DNA of 48,615 nt from positions 1-48,615 of the forward strand of contig JAFGKR010000345.1 in assembly GCA_016928515.1 (NCBI GenBank), read 5' to 3'. Made by a program: the position numbers and the translations under genes. Shown here piece after piece: positions 38,401 through 44,546 of this stretch (positions are counted from its first letter, which is position 1; every line of letters begins with the position of its first letter). Below the pieces are notes generated by a model. It ran no database searches. It saw only the letters and a list, made by a program, of their open reading frames with translations, and was not told the origin of the DNA. The stretch comes from Bacteroidota bacterium. GTDB lineage: Bacteria; Bacteroidota; Ignavibacteria; SZUA-365.

Positions 38401-40781
38401 AGTTTCTCCCGCCACCGGACATCATTCTTGCCACAGGAGAACAGGCTGCAAAGCTGTTGACACCCTCAAGCCTGGGTATCGGGCAGATCGGTACTGCCAC
38501 CTGGCAGCTTCGTGCCGTACCGCGTACCGTTTCCCGGATCGACACCATATACGTACAGGTGAAAGCGAGGGGCAAAAGCCTACAGCAGACAGAGCCCTGT
38601 CCCATCGCGGTCTTCATCCCGGCTGCTCGCGCGGCAGAGCTCTCGCTTACCTGTCAGGTCGTGAAGGAGGCAGGGGAGGACGATACCGTCATCGTCGCCG
38701 CGGGCCTCGTGAACAATGGCACTGCCACGGTGTACGATGTCTCGGTGCAGGTGCAGTTTCCGAGCAAGCTTACGCTCAATCCCGGCACGCAATCCCTCGT
38801 GCTTTTCGCGGATTCGATTCGTCCCGGAGAGGCATTGCGGTCATTCCCCTGGCGTTTCACGATCGAGCGTGGTGCCGTACTCGACAGTGTCGATGTCTGT
38901 TTCAACGTTACCGCGCGTTTCCTTCCGCCGCTGAATTGCTGTACGTCTGTGCGTATCCCTCAGGCGGACAAGGGTGCGTTTGCGTCTTCCTGCACGCTGC
39001 AGCCAGATACCGTCTTTGTGGCGCAAAGTAGCGGAGAGTATGAAGAAGCGCTGTTCCGCACGACGATCAGCAATCCCGGCACCGTCGTCGTGGATTCCAT
39101 CCGCTGCAGCATCATCGTCCCGAACGGTGTCGTGCTTGCAGCGGGGGATGCACAGGTGAAGACGGTACGTAATCTGCAACCCTCCGCGTCGGAGGATGTG
39201 CAATGGCGTCTGCGTTTTGTGCGTGATACGGCGACGGTCTACTCCGTCCGGGATATCCGCGTGGAGATGGTCGGTGCCGACGGCCTGCAGCAGTGCGAAG
39301 AATCCGTTGTCGTCGCGCCGCCACCTCAGCTGCCTTCGGATTTTATTCTCGCCTGCATGATTCCGGATACCCTCGTGTACGACCGCCAGTTGAACACCTA
39401 CGACCCATCGCCGTTTCTCATTCGCGCGGAGATACGGAATACGGGCTCCGCCACGCTGACCGACATCCGGGCGACGCTGACACCTGCTGCAGAAATCACG
39501 CTCGAATCGGGCGAATCGCTGACGAAGCAGCTCGGTGTGGAGCTTGGTCCCGGACAGAGTGCAAGTATCGCATGGAGTTGCAGCGGTATTCCGCAGACGG
39601 GTACACGAACAGCAGTTTCGCAGATCCGCGTCGAGGCGGACGGAACGCTCTCGCGGGATTGCACGCCTGTAACCGTGCTATATCATCCGCCATCCAACGA
39701 TTCGGTGGATGCGCAGTTGACGTGCGTGGCACCCGATACGATTTTTTTCCGTGGACCGGGTCAGGGTTGGTCACCAAATCCGTTCTCTGTCACGGCACGG
39801 ATCAGCAATACCGGCACAGCCCCCCTTGCGCAGCTCCGGCTGCAGCTCGAATTCAATCCGGCATTCGGACTTGAAACCGGGGAAAGCATGGACAAAGTGT
39901 TGGATGAGCCACTCCTCCCGGGTCAGACCGCTTCGGTGAGCTGGGTGCTCCGCGTATTGTCGACACCGGTCGGCTCGCTGTCCGCGCTTCGTGTTCGAGC
40001 GCAGGCACCGGCTCTCGGGGTGCGTCTGTGCGACATGCAGCTCATCGTCGAGCCGTCGCAGGCCATATTCACGATGAGCATTCCTGAAGACAACGTCGGT
40101 GTCATGGGGGAAACCGTACGTGTTCCTATCCATATGCGAAACACCTACGATCTCCTGTTTCGTGATCTGACAATCGCAGTCCACGCTGATACTGAATTTG
40201 TCGAACTGCGTGGCGTCTCACTCCAGGGTACCCTCTTTGCAGGCTGGCCGGAGCCCAGCACCGATGTTCCGGAAGAAGGCGTTCTGCGTATTTCCCTCGC
40301 AGGGGATGCAGTGATCCCTCCTGAGGGAATCATGCTGTACCTGCAGTGCTACCTCAAGCCGCAACCCGGCTCCCTGGGAGATCTCGGAGTTGTCATGAGT
40401 ACGCTGCGTTTCATGCACCATCATTTCGCACTCGAGCCAGGTGTCAGTGCGCTCACTTTCGATGGGATGATTACCTCCTCCGGCACCTGTATAGAGCCTC
40501 TGGTCACAGATACATATTTGCAGCTTGCCAACCGTCCGAACCCGTTCAATCCGGTGACGACGATCTCCTATCATGTCCCGCCGGATCTCGATGGGCAGTA
40601 TGGTCGACTCGAGGTTCTCGATATGCACGGTCGCCTCGTGCAGCGATTGGTGGATGGACCTCTGCAGGCCGGCAACCATGAACTGCGCTTTGATGGTACC
40701 GGCCTCCCGAGCGGCATGTATCTGTATCGCATCATCAGCGGCCACCGCATGGTCACGCAGAAAATGCTTCTGAGTAAATAA
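35499..40781 (+). CDS. Giant T9SS-exported surface protein: vWA (MIDAS), cohesin-like domain, nine CARDB-like modules, second cohesin-like domain, T9SS CTD
   Basis: Signal peptide MKRLLPLIPCILLLVASVPAEAQ. vWA at approx 35749-36295 with DRSGS...TTMYDAL...MSDGGDNNS. Cohesin-like regions at approx 36438-36785 and approx 40065-40490. Repeat array at 36831-40055. C-terminal NRPNPFNPVTTISYHV...GMYLYRII...KMLLSK at approx 40518-40778. Confidence 0.8.
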   Translation: MKRLLPLIPCILLLVASVPAEAQVWNEVRIVRVDTTNFPSIKVHVRAFCAGQQSSNINPVTIRIYEDGQLKSMMGSLDCPNETVPVSVALALDRSGSVAGTALYRIQLGAWRFVELMQAHTTGDDEVALLSFGDDVTLDQPLTTNMTELFEAINDLYPFGVTTMYDALIAALNEVAARGTNPIKAVVVMSDGGDNNSLASLADVIALARQLGIPIFSIGLRYIDNDNELLNMKALADSTGGHFLIVDHPDDIVASFNAMMSLVTGGMNDCTFNYLSECPDGSLRELTVIAEACGVADTAHVRYYAPIDPNLPAFNISFDSSFAYERGDMLVPVSIDAEISGTVDHLQFKVLERPPLTFREVVTAGMLAAQGTVTSQRVGDTIIVDVQGPIAVSGKSTLLKLRYATPPVGKDTTFIFPVFYLDFESPDCIQKGAKNSYLTILKRPGLDVMCGDSIFVDWDETTGSYNNPLITYAVGVQNNSALYAENTRIRLHVPPGIELLSPSDSLILPTNPLPPGQTGFVEFLMRVQPSDTTRHFRICVEVQPDSGRVTTCCKMLTVEAAKTALEAECEMTDRIVWDDSLNTYVPEVFPVTVRIRNLSDLAAKNIPTWIHVPPGFAIDSTTPPLTVVSPNVLTRADTGTMTWYVRPLERPTSDLLHFCVKVAAGKDTAECCSVIYVEASPVRAQLLCSDTRVLVYDDGTGKYDPERMLLITQVKNLSKLPMTTTRGHIQLPSFLKLDAGEFPTKDFPNSAVIPPGDSAEIKWVVITTGPPHPPTRICVNITAENFPGAQCCTALDIQTVNAIPMLTCTLNGPDTIRYTSGSYVPNPGLFTVHVENTGDTPAKNLYAALLQGEDLSIDASDQSLKLLTDSLAAGKSVNGSFRVRILDRTVGRHDTIRVTVYAENGGGMVCEKVVFIEPVRGPVLQLNCDGPDSLVFVDALNMYQPSPFTIQLEARNVGTALADSVVAEFLPPPDIILATGEQAAKLLTPSSLGIGQIGTATWQLRAVPRTVSRIDTIYVQVKARGKSLQQTEPCPIAVFIPAARAAELSLTCQVVKEAGEDDTVIVAAGLVNNGTATVYDVSVQVQFPSKLTLNPGTQSLVLFADSIRPGEALRSFPWRFTIERGAVLDSVDVCFNVTARFLPPLNCCTSVRIPQADKGAFASSCTLQPDTVFVAQSSGEYEEALFRTTISNPGTVVVDSIRCSIIVPNGVVLAAGDAQVKTVRNLQPSASEDVQWRLRFVRDTATVYSVRDIRVEMVGADGLQQCEESVVVAPPPQLPSDFILACMIPDTLVYDRQLNTYDPSPFLIRAEIRNTGSATLTDIRATLTPAAEITLESGESLTKQLGVELGPGQSASIAWSCSGIPQTGTRTAVSQIRVEADGTLSRDCTPVTVLYHPPSNDSVDAQLTCVAPDTIFFRGPGQGWSPNPFSVTARISNTGTAPLAQLRLQLEFNPAFGLETGESMDKVLDEPLLPGQTASVSWVLRVLSTPVGSLSALRVRAQAPALGVRLCDMQLIVEPSQAIFTMSIPEDNVGVMGETVRVPIHMRNTYDLLFRDLTIAVHADTEFVELRGVSLQGTLFAGWPEPSTDVPEEGVLRISLAGDAVIPPEGIMLYLQCYLKPQPGSLGDLGVVMSTLRFMHHHFALEPGVSALTFDGMITSSGTCIEPLVTDTYLQLANRPNPFNPVTTISYHVPPDLDGQYGRLEVLDMHGRLVQRLVDGPLQAGNHELRFDGTGLPSGMYLYRIISGHRMVTQKMLLSK
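36831..40055 (+). repeat. Nine tandem protein-level modules of 114-124 aa (CARDB-like Ig fold), diverged at the DNA level
   Basis: Module starts fall at 36831, 37191, 37548, 37908, 38262, 38634, 38976, 39336 and 39705. The recurring pattern is a Cys near the start, then D-T/S-h-x-h, Y-x-P-x-P-F, N-x-G-x-x-x-A, and a closing Cys or Cys-Cys (for example PDSLVFVDALNMYQPSPFTIQLEARNVGTALA and PDTLVYDRQLNTYDPSPFLIRAEIRNTGSATL). Confidence 0.7.
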
Positions 40782-40783
40782 TG

Positions 40784-40913
40784 CGCCGTCTCCGTACTCC
40801 TCCCGCCGCCGCCGCGCAACGGACCGCCGCAGATCCATTCCTCACTACTTGCACCGCGGGGACGGCGACTGGCGGTCAGCGGCGGGGGAGGGGAGTATAT
40901 CCGGAGACGACGG
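40784..40913. other. Long imperfect GC-rich inverted repeat immediately downstream of the giant gene (possible terminator or structured RNA)
   Basis: Pairings read by eye: 40787-40794 CGTCTCCG with 40902-40909 CGGAGACG; 40795-40804 TACTCCTCCC with 40885-40897 (one bulge); 40805-40809 GCCGC with 40879-40883 GCGGC; 40822-40828 GACCGCC with 40871-40877 GGCGGTC. There is no U-tract. Confidence 0.4.
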
Positions 40914-40970
40914 AAGCAGATACATATCCTCAATGGCCTTCCTGCAAGTAATCGACAACAGGGAGCACGC

Positions 40971-41693
40971 ATGCCGCAGGTCAAAATTCAGGGTGTCGAC
41001 ATTGAATACCGTGTTCTCAAGACGAGACGAAACCGGTATATCCGATTAACGGTCTCCGGGAAAAACGGAGTTCGCATTTCCGCGCCATGGGGGTATCCCG
41101 AGCGTGAACTCCACGCCATGGTACGTGAGAAGGGAGCCTGGATTCTTGACCGCCTTCAATATTTTCGGTCGTTGGAGGAGCAGCAGCCCCGCTGGCGATA
41201 CACCGATGGTGAATTGCTGCTCGTGCAGGGGGAATGGACGCCACTTCGAATAACGCCTTGGGAATTCAACGCCGGGCGTCTTCGGCTGGAAACCGGGGTG
41301 CTGGAGATTCGGTTGCCGCAGTCTCGTTTGAATGATCCTTCGATTGTGCACGATCTGTTCCTGCGGTGGCTGCGGCGCTGGGCTTTACAGGAGTTGTCGC
41401 ACCGGATAAATTCCCATGCCGACGCGATGCGGCTGCGACCGGGACGTATTACGATCCGCGCGCAACGGAGCAAATGGGGCAGCTGTTCGCAGAACGGTAA
41501 TATCAGTCTGAATATGCGGCTCATGCTGGTGCCGCCTGCGGTCGCAGATTATGTCATGATCCATGAACTGGCGCATTTGCGACAATTGAATCATTCTCAG
41601 CGGTTCTGGGGGATCGTCGACCGATATTGTCCCGACAGGAAAACCCATCAGCGATGGCTTCGGGAGCACAGCTGGCTGCTGGAGATGGATTAG
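40971..41693 (+). CDS. YgjP-like / DUF45 (M48-related) zinc metallohydrolase
   Basis: KWGSCSQNGNISLNMRLMLVPPAVADYVMIHELAHLRQLNHSQRFW, containing the HExxH motif. 240 aa. Confidence 0.8.
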   Translation: MPQVKIQGVDIEYRVLKTRRNRYIRLTVSGKNGVRISAPWGYPERELHAMVREKGAWILDRLQYFRSLEEQQPRWRYTDGELLLVQGEWTPLRITPWEFNAGRLRLETGVLEIRLPQSRLNDPSIVHDLFLRWLRRWALQELSHRINSHADAMRLRPGRITIRAQRSKWGSCSQNGNISLNMRLMLVPPAVADYVMIHELAHLRQLNHSQRFWGIVDRYCPDRKTHQRWLREHSWLLEMD

Positions 41694-41742
41694 GGAGGAC
41701 ACCCAAATCGGAAGGGGGAGACGAATGGTAATGGGAGGAAGC

Positions 41743-41763
41743 GTGAAATTTTGTACTTTTCAC
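41743..41763. promoter_or_regulatory. Candidate operator or promoter-associated inverted repeat upstream of the ECF sigma gene
   Basis: GTGAAA (41743-41748), N9, TTTCAC (41758-41763). These are perfect 6-bp arms, 40 nt upstream of ATG 41803 in an AT-richer patch. Confidence 0.2.
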
Positions 41764-41802
41764 ATCCGATTGAATCATTTCCCGCAGCAACGCATCACAC
41801 CC

Positions 41803-42384
41803 ATGAGTATCGAACAGGAAGCAGAAGTCATCGAGAAAGCGAAGCGCGGTGACTCCGTGGCGATCAAAAAACTGGTCGACGAATACGCCCCCGTCATCTT
41901 CCGTTTCTCGTATAACATCTGCCGTAACCAGGATCGGGCTGAACACGCGACGCAGGAAACCTTCATGAGTATTCTCAAGAAGCTCCATCAGTTCGACAAC
42001 CGCTCGAAGTTTTCCACTTGGTTGTACACCATCGTCTCGAATCACTGCTTGATGCTTGCCCGCAGTGAGAAGACCAGACGTACCGTGTCTCTCGACGATG
42101 AAGAGGGCAGTCTGCCCGAAATCCCGATTGATCATTGGGAACACGATCCCGGTGTCAGCGTGGAACGGGCTGATCTCAAACAGTACCTTGACGACGCCAT
42201 AGACCGGCTTGCGCCGGAGTACAAAGTTGTTTTCGTCCTGCGGGATATCGAGGGTCTCTCGACCGAGGAGGTGAGCAGCATCACCAATCTGAGTGTTCCC
42301 GCAGTGAAGTCGCGGCTGCATCGTGCACGAGCATTTCTCCGCAACGAACTCACGCCAATTTTCAACGAGCACAGCGATGAGTGA
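41803..42384 (+). CDS. ECF-type RNA polymerase sigma-70 family factor
   Basis: Region 2 DRAEHATQETFMSILKKLHQFDNRSKFSTWLYTIVSNHCLMLAR. Region 4 EYKVVFVLRDIEGLSTEEVSSITNLSVPAVKSRLHRARAFL. Start at ATG 41803 (MSIEQEAEVIEKAKRGD). Confidence 0.9.
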   Translation: MSIEQEAEVIEKAKRGDSVAIKKLVDEYAPVIFRFSYNICRNQDRAEHATQETFMSILKKLHQFDNRSKFSTWLYTIVSNHCLMLARSEKTRRTVSLDDEEGSLPEIPIDHWEHDPGVSVERADLKQYLDDAIDRLAPEYKVVFVLRDIEGLSTEEVSSITNLSVPAVKSRLHRARAFLRNELTPIFNEHSDE

Positions 42385-42631
42385 CAGCATGGACCGCCAT
42401 TTTCATTCCTGCCAGGATGTGGTCGACTACATCTGCGAGCACTTCGGCGATGATACGGATTCGGAGCGCTGCCTTGAACTCGCCCAGCACCTGGAGCACT
42501 GTCCCGATTGCAACGCATACTGTAACTCCATCGACAAAATGATTGGACTCTACCGGGCGACTTCCCCCTGTTTCTCGGATGAGGCACGGCATGTGCTGCT
42601 TGACGCTCTCGGTATCGACGAGACCGACTGA
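42377..42631 (+). CDS. Soluble zinc-binding (ZAS, RsrA-like) anti-sigma factor
   Basis: 84 aa, no TM helix, 7 Cys. Cys12 (HFHSC) plus His38-x3-Cys42-x2-Cys45 (HLEHCPDC). Overlaps the sigma gene by 8 nt (ATGAGTGA). Confidence 0.7.
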   Translation: MSDSMDRHFHSCQDVVDYICEHFGDDTDSERCLELAQHLEHCPDCNAYCNSIDKMIGLYRATSPCFSDEARHVLLDALGIDETD

Positions 42632-42758
42632 ATCCTCTCCCGCATTGCCTGCATCAAACGTCTGCGTCTGAACATGATGCTCGGGTAGACCCATATCCCG
42701 ATGCACTCCGGGTTCCCGACGTGAATACGCCGTTTCGTGAACAGGGCACTTTTACTGT

Positions 42759-42932
42759 ATGATTCTATTTGCGGTTGCCGCCGGTGCGGCACTCGGAGCG
42801 GGAGCAGGTTATCTGATCAGTACAAACCTGAGCCGTTTCATGGGCGGATGCCCGATCATGTGCAATCCCCGTGTTGCGGTTCCCTACTTCGCCTTTATCG
42901 GAGTGTTGCTCGCTCTGGAGATAGCCGGCTGA
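42759..42932 (+). CDS. Unlisted 57-aa two-helix membrane peptide with a CxxxC motif (DUF6132-like)
   Basis: Hand translation gives MILFAVAAGAALGAGAGYLISTNLSRFMGGCPIMCNPRVAVPYFAFIGVLLALEIAG, with stop TGA at 42930-42932. It is below the 60-aa cut-off of the ORF track. The hydrophobic-loop-hydrophobic layout with GC...C.NP resembles small DUF6132-type proteins of Bacteroidota (from memory). Confidence 0.5.
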   Translation: MILFAVAAGAALGAGAGYLISTNLSRFMGGCPIMCNPRVAVPYFAFIGVLLALEIAG

Positions 42933-43031
42933 TCACGAGAGAACTGTCCGTGGACCGCCTGAGAACAGGTCGATGGTTCACGATCGGCATTTGACAAACG
43001 TTGTGTCACAACTCATGCAGTACGAATCGTC

Positions 43032-43277
43032 ATGACTCAGAACAAACGCGTCGTTGTTTTTTCCACCCCGACCTGTCCGCATTGCACACATGTGAAGCGC
43101 TATCTCAAGGAGAAAGGCATTCGCTTCAAGGATGTGGATGTCAGCAAGGATTCGCGTGCGGCTGCCGACATGGTTCGTAAGACCGGCCAGAAGGGTGTGC
43201 CCCAGCTGTGGATTAACAATCGTCCGGTCGTGGGCTTTGACCGTGGCAAAATCGATACGTTGCTCAATCTCACATAA
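43032..43277 (+). CDS. Glutaredoxin-like protein (YruB/NrdH-type, CPHC active site)
   Basis: VVVFSTPTCPHCTHVKRYLKEKGIRFKDVDV...GVPQLWINNRPVVGFD. 81 aa. Confidence 0.85.
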   Translation: MTQNKRVVVFSTPTCPHCTHVKRYLKEKGIRFKDVDVSKDSRAAADMVRKTGQKGVPQLWINNRPVVGFDRGKIDTLLNLT

Positions 43278-43301
43278 CACATTCATTCCAATGGAGGAAT
43301 C

Positions 43302-43571
43302 ATGAACATTCAACCGATCGATGACCGCCTGCTCATCGAGCGCATCGAGCAGGAGGAGCAGAAAGTCGGCAGCATCATCATCCCCGACACTGCGAAGGAA
43401 AAGCCGCAGATGGGCAAGGTGGTCGCCGTCGGAACCGACGAGGATCTCAAGGAGGTTTTCACGGAAGGCGACAGTGTCCTGTTTGCAAAATTTGCCGGCG
43501 ACGAAATCAGCTATAACGGCACGGATTACCTGATCCTCAGCCGAGCGGACGTACTGGCGATACTTCGCTGA
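43302..43571 (+). CDS. groS: Co-chaperonin GroES (10 kDa), with no groEL downstream
   Basis: IQPIDDRLLIERIEQEEQKVGSIIIPDTAKEKPQMGKVVAVG...GDSVLFAKFAGDEI...YLILSRADVLAIL. SD GGAGGAATC precedes the ATG. Confidence 0.9.
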   Translation: MNIQPIDDRLLIERIEQEEQKVGSIIIPDTAKEKPQMGKVVAVGTDEDLKEVFTEGDSVLFAKFAGDEISYNGTDYLILSRADVLAILR

Positions 43572-43598
43572 TGCCCGCGATACTTCGCTGATGCCCGC
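43557..43598 (+). repeat. Exact 20-bp tandem duplication (2.1 copies) spanning the groES stop codon
   Basis: GCGATACTTCGCTGATGCCC at 43557-43576 is repeated at 43577-43596, followed by GC. Copy 1 encodes the last four codons (AILR) plus TGA (43569-43571). Confidence 0.9.
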
Positions 43599-43629
43599 AG
43601 GTCCAGGTTCAAGGGAACCGTTCGCTTCA

Positions 43630-43798
43630 TCATGCCGCTGTTCCGGCGGCATGACCACGTCCCACCCCCTCACACGACATTTCCGAAACGCTCGATAACG
43701 CGCAGCGGCGTTTGATCGCCGACTGCGCGTCTATCCGTTCATCGGGAGCCTTTCCCGTCATCGTGCAAGCGCCGTGCTGTCACGGTCCATGATGACGG
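43630..43798 (+). other. Three GC-rich hairpins in the 363-nt groES to cytochrome c spacer
   Basis: H1 at 43630-43654: TCATGCCGC / GCGGCATGA, 9 bp, 7-nt loop. H2 at 43698-43730: ACGCGCAG-CGGCG-tttgat-CGCCG-a-CTGCGCGT, 13 bp with one bulge. H3 at 43755-43798: CCGTCATC / GATGACGG enclosing CCGTG-ctgt-CACGG. None is followed by a T-run. Confidence 0.5.
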
Positions 43799-43934
43799 TC
43801 ACGCAGGGATTTCTCTCGGAGTGAGGAAATGAAAAATATTTTCTCCCTCTTGACTCGAATTCGGACAAGCCGTAGCTTGTTTCAATTACGAATTTTGCAC
43901 ACGAATTCCCGGCTTCAGAACAGGTCTTGCACTC

Positions 43935-44510
43935 ATGAGAGCTTGTGACGACGACTTTCCGCGATCCACGACAAATATATTTAGACTGCTTAAAAATTAC
44001 CGAAGTCTCCTCTTCCCTGTTTTGAGTATCGCGCTCATGGCGGGGTGTTATGCGTTTGTGGACGATGAAACACCGCCGGAGTGGGAGGACCCCTCTGGAA
44101 CGGGGAATGATGTCGCTGCAATTGCGGCCGGGACAGGTGGACCGGGTGCGGCAGTGTTCAATGCAAAGTGTGCGGTTTGCCATCAGATGGACGGCAAGGG
44201 AATCCCCGGTGTGTATCCATCGCTCGTCGGCTCGGAAATCGCCACCGGTGATCCCATGATCCCGATCAAGATCGTACTCCATGGTTTCCAGGGACCGATC
44301 GAACGGAACGGGAACCGGTACAACGGTGTCATGCAACCTTGGAAAAACGATCTCAGCGACCAGGAAATTGCTGACGTAATCAATTACGTCCGAACCAACT
44401 GGGGCAACAGCGCAACCGAGATTACGCCCAACGCCGTCGAAGAGGTGCGGGCGGCGACAAAGTCCCGTTCCGGCGCATATACGGAAGAAGAACTGCACTC
44501 ATCGCTTTGA
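43935..44510 (+). CDS. Membrane-anchored (lipoprotein-like) monoheme class I cytochrome c
   Basis: Lipobox-like SIALMAGC. Heme motif CAVCHQ, with a distal Met region (GVMQPW) and NYVRTNWGN, typical of cytochrome c. Confidence 0.8.
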   Translation: MRACDDDFPRSTTNIFRLLKNYRSLLFPVLSIALMAGCYAFVDDETPPEWEDPSGTGNDVAAIAAGTGGPGAAVFNAKCAVCHQMDGKGIPGVYPSLVGSEIATGDPMIPIKIVLHGFQGPIERNGNRYNGVMQPWKNDLSDQEIADVINYVRTNWGNSATEITPNAVEEVRAATKSRSGAYTEEELHSSL

Positions 44511-44546
44511 TGACAATGAACGACATGCAATCACGGTACCAATATC

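Noticed and set aside
41554-42390. 278-aa minus-strand ORF
   Set aside because: It is antisense to the ECF sigma factor gene and the end of ygjP.
42737-42994. Listed 85-aa + ORF between the anti-sigma gene and the glutaredoxin-like gene
   Set aside because: It is Arg/Cys/Ser-rich and non-protein-like. A different frame in the same interval gives a clean two-helix 57-aa membrane peptide (42759-42932), which I prefer.
43599-43934. Possible degraded groEL remnant after groES
   Set aside because: Translating the three forward frames by eye gives no resemblance to the GroEL N-terminus, and all frames have frequent stops.
43758-44498. 246-aa minus-strand ORF overlapping the cytochrome c gene and part of the spacer
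   Set aside because: The + strand frame has a lipobox, a CxxCH heme site and operon context with coxB. The minus frame has no features.
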